From assembly GCF_009914755.1 (NCBI RefSeq), contig NC_060935.1: a stretch of DNA of 64,000 nucleotides, one strand, 5' to 3'. Position numbers and translations under genes: made by a program. This document shows positions 1-15,524 of this stretch, piece by piece. Each line of letters starts with the position of its first letter. The stretch's first letter is position 1. This DNA is from the human T2T-CHM13v2.0 reference genome, Homo sapiens. The notes beneath the pieces were generated by a model that made no database searches, was not told the origin of the DNA, and was given only the letters and a program-made list of their open reading frames with translations.

Positions 1-143
<143 letters not shown>

Positions 144-329
144 TCAGTCCTTTAAGGAAGTATAAATCAGAACGAGGCAGGGGAAGTTGCTTTTAGCTGT
201 TTGATCAGGAAAGTCCGGTTTAACTGTCAGAACTGAGGATTGAAAGACGGGTAGACCCAGGACAGGTGGCTGGAAACCGGGGGTGAGGAGTGATGTCTAC
301 AGTGGAGACAAGACTGAAAAAGCAAGTAC

Positions 330-880
330 TAGGGAAGCCTAAGTCCATCTCCATAGAGAAGGGTTCAGATGGTCTGAGGAAAAGGGCACATGCAGGGAAG
401 CTGTGTGAAATAAAGATGGAGGAGGTTAGCATTAAATGGCAAGCCAAGAAATTTAGATGTTTTCCCTAAGCGAGTGCTTTCAATATGGGGATAGGGTTTG
501 GTATCAGTTGAAACAACTGAAGGAACAGTTGTTAGGGGAGTAGGAAACTGCTGAAGATATTTGAGCAAGGAAGCTCTGGGATCCATGTTGCACATCAGAA
601 AGTTAGCCTGCATATCACTGTGTGTGCCCCGGTGCAGGGGAGAAACTGGTGACCAGGAAGACAGGTTAGAGCACGTGTCCAGGAGGGAGGTGATGAGGCC
701 TGAACTAGAATAGTGGCAGATAGAGATGGTGCAGATAAAATTGATAGACTATTAAGGTCTAGGGAGAAGTCCAAACCAGTAACAAGATTTTGAGCCTAGA
801 TGGAGGGTGAGAGCCATTTTCAGAAATGGAGAACTAAAGGCAGGGCAGATTCAAGAAGGCCGACCATGAGTTCAGCCAAG
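330..880 (-). mobile_element. Degenerate L2-like fragment
   Basis: Purine-rich segments resembling reverse-complement L2 (gatgaggcctgaactag..., gagttcag); called by eye only. Confidence 0.4.
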
Positions 881-1946
881 CGTAGCCCACAACAGGCAGC
901 TCAGTGCGAGGCTGCCACAAGCCAGTGTTGACCGAAAGGATTTAGTGTCTGGGCCCCTAAGGATGAGTCCACTGCCTAGGGACAGTCTTTCTTCTCTGTC
1001 TGTGGTTGCTACTACAGTCCCACTCAGAAAGTTAGACATAAATTAAGGCAGCATCATTCATTTATTTTAAAGATGTAATTCCCTCAAAAGAATTAAAATG
1101 CAGTTGACTAAAGGCTTGTCTGTGAGGGCATCAGGCCTAAAACACAGATTGGGCACTGACTGCTGTATTATATAGGGCAAGCTATTTTTAAAGCTTGTGA
1201 TTGTTACTGTAACCAGAAAACAGGCAGGAAATGAATGATTTTGCAAAAGATATAGACAGGAGCTAGATGGTATATTTGCATTTGTAGGAAGAGCAGTGCC
1301 ACGCTGGAGCTGGTCACCCACACTGGCAATGCCATGCTGGCACTCAGTCAGGCCATAGACATCCTCCGGGCTTCTTTGTGGACCGTTTTATTTATGTCAG
1401 CAAAAACGCTTGTCCCTCTTCCCTCCCTAAGACCTCTTTCTTGGGGCCCATAAATAAGTGCACACACACACACAGAAAAACTTATCAGAGACACAGTTCC
1501 CTTTTTATTGAGACTGCCTCATGTGCATTTACTGTAACACCCATTTGTTGTTTTCTGATTGATGCTTCATAGCTGCATGTATTGATACTTGCATTTCTCC
1601 TCTCAACTGGGGACAGGTATTGTGCATCTCAAAGAGACTTCAGCTCTCCTTCCCTCCCAGAAATCTTCAGTGCTTAAAATTGTCAGTAAAATCCCTTGGG
1701 GAGTCTGAATGGAAACTTTGGTTTGCAGTTTCAAAAAAATATTGCCTTTCTGAGATAGTTGCCCAACTCTAGATAAGAATGGTTGGATCAGGTGTTCCAA
1801 ACAGGAACTGAGATCCACAGATGACATGGGGGCCATATGGGAGGGCAGATGCATAAACCTTGTAGAATAAATCTACTTCAAGTATCTCTTTTTAATAAGG
1901 AATTTTATATACATACATATACACGCACACTTGAGTCATTTTTAGC

Positions 1947-2274
<328 letters not shown>

Positions 2275-2411
2275 TGAAATGTAATAAAAGGATTTTCCGA
2301 ATTACCCCCTTCATAGCTGGATAGCAGAAGGGAACTGTGAGGGTAGACCCTGAAAATGCAGACACAGTGGAGGTGTTTCGTGTCTACTTACATTTTTAAT
2401 AACTTTTTTTA

Positions 2412-2759
<348 letters not shown>

Positions 2760-2989
2760 TCAGATCAATGAAAAATCAAGTCATTGTTTTCTAGCTGTCC
2801 CAGGATAAAATCGAACTCAGCAAATATTTTGTAATAAAAGACATAATTCCTCTTGTAGTCTAGATGAGAAAATAAATGTATAAACTGACAATTTAAGTAA
2901 AACCGTAAATTCAGGGGTACTGCCGGGTATTTTGTGTGACTCAGTAAAAATATTAAGGATAAAAAAAGAACCTGCATGAAAAGAAACAC

Positions 2990-4245
<1,256 letters not shown>

Positions 4246-5927
4246 GAACTTGCTTATATGGCTTATCCTATAAGAAATGTCTGGTAAAATTTTGACGGAG
4301 GCCGTAAGTGTAAGGATGCTCAATAGATAATTAATTAATGATCTTCTTTTCTCTGTTGGCTTATTCATTTCTAAACCATTCTTGGCTAGTTTTAGAAAAT
4401 TGTATTAGTAGAGAGTTAAGGAGCTTAGAGGTATGAATGTAAGTTCTCAAACAGCCATTCTTTCTTGCAAGGAAACTATTAAGTTTAGTCAAAAAGGAAA
4501 GTTTATCTGGGGAAGGACCAAGGAGAGAGCAAGAGTTGCTGGCCAGGTTTCAGAGTTTTGCTTTCTGCTGCCATGGGGAAGATTGGCCAGTGTGGAAAGG
4601 AAGCATTTACCACTCTTCCTCTTAAATGACCGCTCATCGCTTTAAAACCCTGTAATGCATTAGCCACCTTACCCGAGTGAGGGCTATAGCCCAGAATGGA
4701 TTTTATGGAATAACCTTCCCCTCCCTGCAGCAAACAAAGATCTGAGTCACCCTAGTCTCCTTCTCCAAATAAAGGGCCTCGCAGCGCCTTCAGATTGGCT
4801 GCCATAAGAGGAAAGTTTCCTGTGTGTCTGGTAAAGGGAAACCCCACACCACCTCTCACATACATGAGCTTCTCCTGCTTCCAAAGGAAACAGTAGCTCT
4901 ACCCAGTGTTTTCCAGGTGAAAGTACTGCTTAGAACTCAGCGTCTTATGACTGGCTGTTCCTGAGCAGCTATTCATAGGAGAAAATGGATTGATTTCCAC
5001 GGGGGAATAGTTAAGGTAATGAGGTAAATAATTACCTCCTCACAGGGGCCTTTACCAGCCAGAACTTGCAACCACAACCCCCATGCCAGTATGCTGTTCT
5101 GCCTGCCATTAGGCAGTGTGCGTGGCAACTGCATGGGAAGGGCCAATGCTTGCGGGGAGCTGTGCTGCGCTCACCCCTGTGGGATAGGAACCATCGATAA
5201 CGTATATGTTGCTGGAGGAGACAAAATTCAGTGCACTGGGGCTTATTAGCCTCTGCTGGAATTTTGGGCCAGTGAGCCCTTTGTTATTCTACAATGGGAG
5301 GCTTTGGCTGTCTGCCATTTGAATTTTTTTCAATCCTTTTTGTGGTATCAGTCTGTCTATATAGAATTCTTACTTTCCATTCCCCAGGCATATAGAACCA
5401 ATTAAAGACTAAATCAAATGGGCAGGTACTTAAATTTTGAACATAAAAGTCTTTCTAAAACCTTCCATTATGTTTATGGTTGAAAAAATAGAAGAATCTT
5501 GGTGACTACCCCTTTTTTTTTTTTTTTTAGCAATGAGCCATGTAGTTAAAAAAAAAAAAACAACTCATCTTCCCCCTCTTCATTTCCCTTATTTAAAAAA
5601 AAATAATAACTGGTAGTCCTCAAACTAATATACCCCTGTTCTTCTGGAAACCACTAAAAAAGTTGTTTATTGTAATAATGATGACTCAGAGAAACCTGGG
5701 CAGCAGTGCCAGTTTGGGTCATCATGGGCTTCTGTCTCAGAGTTCTGAGTCCTGCAGTTGACTTGCCTTCACTTCTAATCTATGTGTTGTCATGCATAAT
5801 AAATATGTGCATGTTTAAATATTTTACTTAATTTCTAGTTCGCCACAAGTCTTGACATGTTTTCCTTTGTGGATTTTTCTGTCTCAGCAGTGCAGAAACT
5901 GAGTTTCCTCTCTCCCCTGGCGTTTAG

Positions 5928-6156
5928 GTCAATGGCTGTCTGCTTGACCCTGTGCCTCCTGTCCTGGTGCGGAAGGGATGCCAGTCACTGCCCAGCAACA
6001 TGATGGAGACCTCCATTGACGAAGGGCTGGAGACAGAAGGAGAGGCCGAGGAAGACCCCGCTCATGCCTTTGAGGCATTTCAGTCCACACGCAGCGGGCA
6101 GAGACGGCACACTCTGTCAGAAGTGACCAATCAACTGGTCGTGATGCCTGGGGCAG
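5928..6156 (+). CDS. SIK2: SIK2 internal coding exon (probably exon 10; aa ~423-499)
   Basis: tttag|GTC...GCAG|gtacgg; 229 nt; [17 protein letters not shown]...[20 protein letters not shown]. Counting back from the C-terminus of the recalled 926-aa protein places RRHT at T484, a known PKA/14-3-3 site. Confidence 0.96.
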
Positions 6157-6630
6157 GTACGGTAGAGGAGCGACACTAGCTTGAGTCTTCATGGCATCAT
6201 GTCATACTCCAATTGCCAACAAGTGGTCACGATGCCAGCCAACACCTAAAATTGAGTCGATAGCTTATTCCTTTATGGATTAGATTCAGCAGGTATAGCA
6301 GACACAGCCTGGCAGCAGCTATCAAAGGTGAATTGAAATGTCTCTGAGTTGGCTCCCATAGTCCCCAGGATTCATCTGGGTGCCACGTGATTGATCAGGG
6401 ACTCTGGCTCTTTTGGACTGGCTGAGATCTTACAGATGCCACTTCTGGAGTGTTTTCCCCACTAAACTTGAAGATGACTAAATTGGCCAGTAAAAGGGCT
6501 CTGAAAAGATGTTTTGATTGGAAATTAAGGACATGGTAGCTGTCAAAACTCAAGCTGGTTATGCTTTGTACCCTATGTTCCAAGGAGATGCTATTGCTGT
6601 TGGTTTTATCTGTTCTGTTTTCTCTTAAAG

Positions 6631-6915
6631 GGAAAATTTTCTCCATGAATGACAGCCCCTCCCTTGACAGTGTGGACTCTGAGTATGATATGGGGTCTGT
6701 TCAGAGGGACCTGAACTTTCTGGAAGACAACCCTTCCCTTAAGGACATCATGTTAGCCAATCAGCCTTCACCCCGCATGACATCTCCCTTCATAAGCCTG
6801 AGACCTACCAACCCAGCCATGCAGGCTCTGAGCTCCCAGAAACGAGAGGTCCACAACAGGTCTCCAGTGAGCTTCAGAGAGGGCCGCAGAGCATCAGATA
6901 CCTCCCTCACCCAGG
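6631..6915 (+). CDS. SIK2: SIK2 internal coding exon (probably exon 11)
   Basis: cttaaag|GG...CAGG|gtgagc; 285 nt, phase 1-1; [22 protein letters not shown]...[19 protein letters not shown] corresponds to S587, a PKA site. Confidence 0.97.
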
Positions 6916-7051
6916 GTGAGCACTTCCTCCTCTGCTTTTTGAAACTCGCGTCGTAGGAGAGCAGTTTCTTGCCATGTTGGTGTGGTCACCTGTGGTCACT
7001 GAAAGGCCTTGTATTTTAGTTAAACTGTTTGGTCTTGGTGCTTTCTTTCAG

Positions 7052-7215
7052 GAATTGTAGCATTTAGACAACATCTTCAGAATCTGGCTAGAACCAAAGG
7101 AATTCTAGAGTTGAACAAAGTGCAGTTGTTGTATGAACAAATAGGACCGGAGGCAGACCCTAACCTGGCGCCGGCGGCTCCTCAGCTCCAGGACCTTGCT
7201 AGCAGCTGCCCTCAG
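7052..7215 (+). CDS. SIK2: SIK2 internal coding exon (probably exon 12)
   Basis: ctttcag|GA...CAG|gtgggt; 164 nt; [29 protein letters not shown]...SSCPQ; frame continuous with neighbouring exons. Confidence 0.95.
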
Positions 7216-7982
7216 GTGGGTACCTTGGGCCCTTCCCTCAATGGCTCTGTGAGGATGAGGTGTGAGTTTGTCCTGAAGATGGTCATTTTCACTTAGAGGA
7301 TTTCCTCCAGTCCTGGAGCAAACAGGCTGTTTGGGAAAACCCACAGCTTCTTTGCCTTGTTGCTGCCACCTGCCACTGACGGGTTCAACCCATCCACGCT
7401 GCTTCCAAGTGATCAATACCAGATGGAGGCCTGGACACTCTCAAGCTGTTTTTGGCTCACAGGGCAGAGTACAGATGAGTGACCTCTTACAGTCGCCCTT
7501 GAACTCCCCTTCTCCTGCCACACACACACCCAAATGAAAAATACACAAATGAACTACACCCAAATGAGAAGCTTCTCACCACTACTTTTGATGTGGTATC
7601 ACTTTAGTAAATACTACAAGTGGATTATTCATACTAAAAATACAATAAATACTGCTACTTACCTGATTTTATTTTGAGCCTATTTTCAGTGCATCCAAGA
7701 GGATTATAGTTCGAGGCCCACATGAAGGCCATAGCCTCCTGGTGACACCAAGAGTCTTTGCTCTAGTACTGACTAGGTAATTGTTAACTAGAGATAATAC
7801 ATGCATAAATGTTCTGCAGAGTAATGAGCCCTCAGCCTACTGGCTCTGTAAAAGCTTTGAGTATTAATAAGTCTCAGTGGAGTTGGTATTCCTATTGGAC
7901 ATTGCAAAGGTGCTTCAGCTAAGAACTGAGACGTTTTTCCCCATGGGGAATTGAAAATTGTTTCCACCCCCTTGCTCCTCAG

Positions 7983-8093
7983 GAAGAAGTTTCTCAGCAG
8001 CAGGAAAGCGTCTCCACTCTCCCTGCCAGCGTGCATCCCCAGCTGTCCCCACGGCAGAGCCTGGAGACCCAGTACCTGCAGCACAGACTCCAG
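7983..8093 (+). CDS. SIK2: SIK2 internal coding exon (probably exon 13)
   Basis: ctcctcag|GAA...CAG|gtgggt; 111 nt, phase 0-0; [37 protein letters not shown]. Confidence 0.93.
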
Positions 8094-8817
8094 GTGGGTC
8101 CTTCTCCTTGCGAGTCCACCTCACTCTGCTCATCCAGAATCTGTTCTTCTGCAAAGCAGAAACGTGTTTTGCCTGGCATTTATTTAGGGTAGCTGCTTGA
8201 TTCCTTATAGGCAAGTAGCTTTGACTCTGTACTTGGAGTTTCTAGAAACGTGTTCAGATCTAGCTTTGTGCTGTGTGTTGGTGGTGGGAAAGGCTTTGTC
8301 CTCAAGCCCCACGAAAGGATATGCCACTGAGGGGTGGGAACGGGAGACCTGGCTTCTTTCTTTCTAATTGTATTCCTCTTAATGAGTAACAAATAAAATG
8401 AAAACCTTAAGTCTGCAGAATTTCTACATGGGCTTTCTATGTTGGTGCATAAAAATCTTAAAAAGCGATAAAGCATAGATCCCGTAAAGGATGAATCATT
8501 CATTCAGCGGGTGCTGGGGCCTTTGCTCTCAAGATCTAACTCCACCTTTCTCATTGCTTTTTAATGTCCATGAGCCTCACAGTCCTAGTGGACTTTTGGA
8601 AATGGAGTGGAAAAAGGAAGTAGGTGAGGTCAGAGATGGCCCAGGCCTGCGGGCCCGATGCTCTTTCAGGGTCTCAGGGAGTAAATGTCAGTCCCTTCAC
8701 CCCGTGTGGATTCTGTAGAATGCAGTTAGATTCATCCTGCAGGCAGAAGCACATCTGATGACTGCATCCTAGGTGACAGCACATTGTCACGCTCATGTTG
8801 TTTTTCTGCTCTTCCAG

Positions 8818-8909
8818 AAGCCCAGCCTTCTGTCAAAGGCCCAGAACACCTGTCAGCTTTATTGCAAAGAACCACCGCGGAGCCTTGAGCAGCAGCTGCA
8901 GGAACATAG
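8818..8909 (+). CDS. SIK2: SIK2 internal coding exon (probably exon 14)
   Basis: cttccag|AAG...AG|gtgaga; 92 nt; [30 protein letters not shown](R). Confidence 0.93.
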
Positions 8910-9648
8910 GTGAGAAGGGGACTTTGGCCAAAGAAGTTGCTTCCTTTTCTGGAAGCCTTGAGAACACTGAATGTGTTGTCCTTTTCCTCTCACATTCGCC
9001 ACTACTAGGAAAATAGGTTTTCTGCGTGTGTCACAGGCCCTCTGAGCACGATTACTAAGAGGATATCTCAGTATCCATGGAGGATGGTCCTGTCAGGCAC
9101 TGGCAGCCCCACAGTGTACTTTGTTTTCCTTTTCTTCTAGCGTTTCCTCTTTGGGGTATGACTAGCTCCAAGCTTTCACAGTCAGTGGCCCAAAGTATGG
9201 AGGTGGGGTAGGCGGCACAGGAGCCTTCCGTCCTCCCTTACTATCATGTGTGCCCACAGCCTCGCTAGTAGAAGCAGCTTGGCCAAGGTAGACCTACCCT
9301 AATCAATCCATCAACTGCAGACACCTGCAGAGGCCAAGGTGTGATTATCTCCCCTTCTAGCCTCTCCAGAAGGGAAATCATCCTCTCATTGTATAAAGGA
9401 AAAAACTCGGAGTCAGAGAAAATGCATTCCTGCTCACGTTAGTACTGAAGGATCATCAGAACTGGGGGGCAAAACATGAGATTAGGTTTAAGAGACCCAA
9501 CACAACTGGTTCCCATTCCCACTTGTTTTTGCTGACATGAGAGAGACTTAAGTAGAAGACTGAAGCTAGTGACTGGTATTGCATTTACATTAAAATTGCC
9601 ATCACTTGAGAAGATTTAAAATTCTTTCCTTTGATATTACCAATTTAG

Positions 9649-10282
9649 GCTCCAGCAGAAGCGACTCTTTCTTCAGAAGCAGTCTCAACTGCAGGCCTAT
9701 TTTAATCAGATGCAGATAGCAGAGAGCTCCTACCCACAGCCAAGTCAGCAGCTGCCCCTTCCCCGCCAGGAGACTCCACCGCCTTCTCAGCAGGCCCCAC
9801 CGTTCAGCCTGACCCAGCCCCTGAGCCCCGTCCTGGAGCCTTCCTCCGAGCAGATGCAATACAGCCCTTTCCTCAGCCAGTACCAAGAGATGCAGCTTCA
9901 GCCCCTGCCCTCCACTTCCGGTCCCCGGGCTGCTCCTCCTCTGCCCACGCAGCTACAGCAGCAGCAGCCGCCACCGCCACCACCCCCTCCACCACCACGA
10001 CAGCCAGGAGCTGCCCCAGCCCCCTTACAGTTCTCCTATCAGACTTGTGAGCTGCCAAGCGCTGCTTCCCCTGCGCCAGACTATCCCACTCCCTGTCAGT
10101 ATCCTGTGGATGGAGCCCAGCAGAGCGACCTAACGGGGCCAGACTGTCCCAGAAGCCCAGGACTGCAAGAGGCCCCCTCCAGCTACGACCCACTAGCCCT
10201 CTCTGAGCTACCTGGACTCTTTGATTGTGAAATGCTAGACGCTGTGGATCCACAACACAACGGGTATGTCCTGGTGAATTAG
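9649..10282 (+). CDS. SIK2: SIK2 last coding exon (Q/P-rich C-terminus)
   Basis: atttag|G CTC CAG CAG AAG..., continuing into ORF 9710-10282 and ending ...[14 protein letters not shown]. The six exons sum to 1515 nt = 504 aa + stop. Confidence 0.97.
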
Positions 10283-13082
10283 TCTCAGCACAGGAATTGA
10301 GGTGGGTCAGGTGAAGGAAGAGTGTATGTTCCTATTTTTATTCCAGCCTTTTAAATTTAAAGCTTATTTTCTTGCCCTCTCCCTAACGGGGAGAAATCGA
10401 GCCACCCAACTGGAATCAGAGGGTCTGGCTGGGGTGGATGTTGCTTCCTCCTGGTTCTGCCCCACCACAAAGTTTTCTGTGGCAAGTGCTGGAACATAGT
10501 TGTAGGCTGAGGCTCCTGCCCTTCGGTCGAGTGGAGCAAGCTCTCGAGGGCAGCACTGACAAATGTGTTCCTAAGAAGACATTCAGACCCAGGTGTTATG
10601 CAGGATTACATCCGTTTATTATCAAGGGCAACCTTGGTGAAAGCAGAAAGGGTGTGTGCTATTGCATATATATGGGGGAAAAGGCAATATATTTTTCACT
10701 GAAGCTGAGCAACCACATATTGCTACAAGGCAAATCAAGAAGACATCAGGAAATCAGATGCACAGGAAATAAAGGAAAGCTGTGCTTTGTCATTGAATCC
10801 TAAGTTCTTAGCTGCTGATGCAAGTTGTCCCCCAAGGCCATCACAAAGCAGTGGGGCATGAGCTGTGTTTCAGGGGCCACTAAATAACAGCTGGTACTGA
10901 CCCCAGAAACCGCCTTCATCTCCATTCGGAAGCAGGTGACACACCCCTTCAGAAGGTGCCCTGGGTTGCCGAGTGTCAGAATATACTCAGGACTCCAGAG
11001 GTGTCACACGTGGAACTGACAGGAGACCCGCCACCGTGGAGGCAGGGGGCAAGAAACTCAAGAACGCATCAAGAGCACCAGCCCTGGGCCAGGGAAGACA
11101 GGCTCTTCCTGCAGTTTCTCGTGGACACTGCTGGCTTGCGGGCAGTCGGTCTCCAGGGTACCTGTTGTCTCTTTTCCGATGTAATAACTACTTTGACCTT
11201 ACACTATATGTTGCTAGTAGTTTATTGAGCTTTGTATATTTGGACAGTTTCATATAGGGCTTAGAGATTTTAAGGACATGATAAATGAACTTTTCTGTCC
11301 CATGTGAAGTGGTAGTGCGGTGCCTTTCCCCCAGATCATGCTTTAATTCTTTCTTTTCTGTAGAAACCAACAGTTTCCATTTATGTCAATGCTAAATCCA
11401 AAGTCACTTCAGAGTTTGTTTTCCACCATGTGGGAATCAGCATTCTTAATTTCGTTAAAGTTTTGACTTGTAATGAAATGTTCAAGTATTACAGCAATAT
11501 TCAAAGAAAGAACCACAGATGTGTTAACCATTTAAGCAGATCATCTGCCAAACATTATATTACTAATAAAACTTAACCAACACTTACAATTCAGTCATCA
11601 AAGTAAGTAAAAATTAGATGCTACAGCTAGCTAACTGTATCCCTAGAAATGATGAATAATTTGCCATTTGGACAGTTAACATCCAGGTGTTACAAAGTCA
11701 GTGTTAATTCTAAAGATGATCATTTCTGCCCTTTAGAATGGCTTGTCCCATCAGCAGATGAATGTGTTAAGCACAAAGCATCTTCCTTAAAGCACAAAGA
11801 GAGGGACTAACTGATGCTGCATCTAGAAAACACCTTTAAGTTGCCTTTCCTCTTTGTAGTTAGCGTTCAGGCAGGTGACGTGTGGAAAGTCTAGGGGGTT
11901 CCATTCTGGCCATGCGAGCCCAGCTCCTACCAACGTCGGTAACTTGAGCAGTCCCTGTTGCTGGCCAGAGACTGCCTGGTCGCCAGCGCTCACCATGGGT
12001 GCCAGGATGCTTCGCAGAGGCACTGTGCTCACGGTTGGACTTGGTGTCAGTGGGAAAGGGCAGTGTGGGGACTGTCATTTTTGTGATTTAATAACACACA
12101 GTGAAAATCCAGGAAGAATGAATTAAGCTTCTTCTGGGAGTTGTTTATTCCTGCTCGTGCTTAAGATTGATGATTTCGTGAAATAAAGAACATCATTTCA
12201 TTTAAGAGATCATTTCATTAAGATCTCTAATCTGTTTTGAGTCTTTACAAAATAGCCAGTTATAAAATGGGGCTTGATTTGTTTAGACTGAAGGAAGACG
12301 TTTTCCCAAAATATACTACAGAAGTGCTACAATATTTGCGATATTAAAATGCCTGCAGATTGAAAATGGGGGCCACTCATTTCAGAACTGCAGGAATGGT
12401 GTAGTTACAGATCGACATAAACTCCTGCCCCCCAACAATGCCATGAGCTGCTTAGCCCAGGAGACCTGGGAGCTATGGCAGGACGGTTAGGCCAGCCGAT
12501 GAGGGACTGCAGAGAGGCTACTGGAAGGTTAAGGACCCAGAGAGAAATCGAGAGGTGCCCTACAGCAGCCAGGCCTATCAGGATCCGTCACACACGGCAG
12601 CGGCGTGGACACCGGCCTGATGCAGAGCGTGACCCCTCCTGCTGGGACCTGTGTTGTAAGCTCCTATTTGCTTATCTTGTTTATTTCAAGCAGAAATCAA
12701 TAAATTCCATAACCCTCTGTATTGACTGCAATGTAAGCTGCTGAGGAGACTGGTTCTGTTGGTCAGTCAGGTGTTTGCTCAGCCCTGTCTGATCACCTGT
12801 GCTGCTCTGTCCCTAACTAGTGACCCATGGAAGCTTCCAAGCAGTTTTCTCTTCATCACTACTAACAAACGAAACACTAAGAAGGCTTAGTATCGCTCTT
12901 TTTCTGCGGGGCTACTCTGAAGTACTGACTTGCTTTCCAGTCTGATTCACGTTAGCAGTGTGTACACTACTGTATCATCATCAGCTTCATCACCCTGTAA
13001 ACCAGGCTCCTCTGAAGAGACTTTGGTGAGATGAACGTGAGGTAAAAATTTCGTTCGGCAAAAAGTGCAATATGTGTGGTAC

Positions 13083-13088
13083 TTTATT
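13083..13088 (-). terminator. PPP2R1B: Polyadenylation signal of the PPP2R1B long isoform
   Basis: TTTATT on + (AATAAA on -), directly downstream of the alternative stop codon. Confidence 0.75.
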
Positions 13089-13117
13089 TTTTATGTTCTT
13101 TTTTTAAATCTGGGGTA

Positions 13118-13210
13118 TTAGTCTGTGCTTTGGGAGAAATGCACTAGCTCTGCAATTCCCAGCTGGGCAAGTGTGTCTCTAGTATCTCCACGCAACTGAT
13201 ACACTGGTCC
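13118..13210 (-). CDS. PPP2R1B: PPP2R1B alternative last exon, coding part (antisense within the SIK2 3' UTR)
   Basis: tttgccttacag|GGA CCA GTG...GAC TAA = GPVYQLRGDTRDTLAQLGIAELVHFSQSTD*. 1789+122+93 = 2004 nt = 667 aa + stop. A minus-strand AATAAA follows 30 nt after the stop. Confidence 0.88.
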   Translation of the reverse strand, partial: GPVYQLRGDTRDTLAQLGIAELVHFSQSTD

Positions 13211-14384
13211 CTGTAAGGCAAACAGCATGTTAGCCCGACAGGAAGAGGGGGCCCACTTTCACATTCCCGGTGACACTGACCGTCCCCAGCTGCCCCCTCG
13301 CCACCTCTGCCTGCACTGCCTTCTGTCACCGTGGGAAAAGGAGGCTGATGGTTCTCTACACCATCCACCTTGAGAATCCCTGCGTGGGAGAGCATCAGGG
13401 CCCACCAGGGGAGTGGGGATGGGGCTCAGGGGCTGTTCATGCCCATCTGAGCAAACCCCTTCTCTCTTCCATCCACTTTTGCCTCCTAGGAAAGAAAAAG
13501 TCAGTGGCCCTTTCTTCCTCAGATATCAAGAACTCCCAAGTGTTTAAACCGTATGCTGGAGTCAGTGGTTGGGACAGACAGGAGCCCAAGACTGAAGCCA
13601 GCCCTTGCCTCTTGTGTCCCTTCCCAACTCTGGTGCTGGAGTAATGGGGTGCTCTGCATTTTGATGGGGAGCAAGGGGGGACCCCCCCTGTAGGAGTATC
13701 GGCCTCTCCCCTGCCCCCTACCCTCTCTCGTGGACCAAAGTCTCCAGCAGAAGGGACTCATCATAAGACTGACGACTCCCCCACCTCCACCCACACACCG
13801 AGTGTCATCAGTCCTAAAGGCAGGGAAACGCTCACAGAATTCTGCCCACGGGTTAGATGTGGGGAGAAGGATATTCTCAGCTCCAGAGTGATTAGGTGAT
13901 CAGCCAGAAACTAAGGCAAGGTGACAAGCAGCAGCCTGGAGTCACAGTTGGTCCCAGGCGTGTGGGCACTAAGCAGCCTCTGGAGACATGCGGGCAGTTG
14001 AGGATGCAAGGACACAGTGAGTGAGTGGCGCTCCTTTTTGGGGTCCTCCAGCCTCTAGTCAAGCCCCAGGTTCGTAAATATGTTTGTATTACATTTTAAA
14101 ACCTGTATCAACAGTCACATTTAAGCTCCCTATTGGTTTAAAGAAAATTCATACTCCAGGTAACTTTTTCCCATTCGACCTCCTATAGAGACAATATGCA
14201 GTGTGTCATTTCACAGTCTCAGTCCCTGTGAACAGTGGCTGACACCGGTGCCAGGGCTGACCTGCTACACTCAAACTCCTAAACTGGGCTGCCTCTAACT
14301 GCCTCCTGGGAAGCCACCCGAGCCACTCGGTCTCTTTGTGCCTAAACATGAAAGGTGAAAATTGGAGAACAGGGAAGCTCGTAA

Positions 14385-15204
<820 letters not shown>

Positions 15205-15524
15205 TCAGAGCCCTTGTCTGGCCCTTGGTGGCAGGTGAACGAAAGCAGTGGAGCCTCTCACCTTCCAGTAGCCTCTCACATTCTTATTTTACCATTTTTG
15301 TCCTAATTAAGGTAGCCTAGCTGATTCTAGAAGACAGCCATCCTACGTGCACCCCCACCTTGTGTCCACATCTTCTCCAGGCAGGTTTCAACCTATCAGC
15401 AGACTCAGGCACACACTGGGGCACAGATAGAGAACCAGGCGGCAGCAGTGCTCGCAGACCCACCCAGGGAGAGCTGTGATGGGTTCTGCCCAGATACTCT
15501 GCTCGCCCACCCACAAGGGAGCAA

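Noticed and set aside
11623-11640. Near-palindrome tacagctagctaactgta in the SIK2 3' UTR
   Set aside because: Too short and imperfect to distinguish from chance; not pre-miRNA sized.
13399-13416. CTCF-like motif CCACCAGGGGAG
   Set aside because: Only a partial match lacking the GGCGC end; needs a PWM scan or ChIP data.
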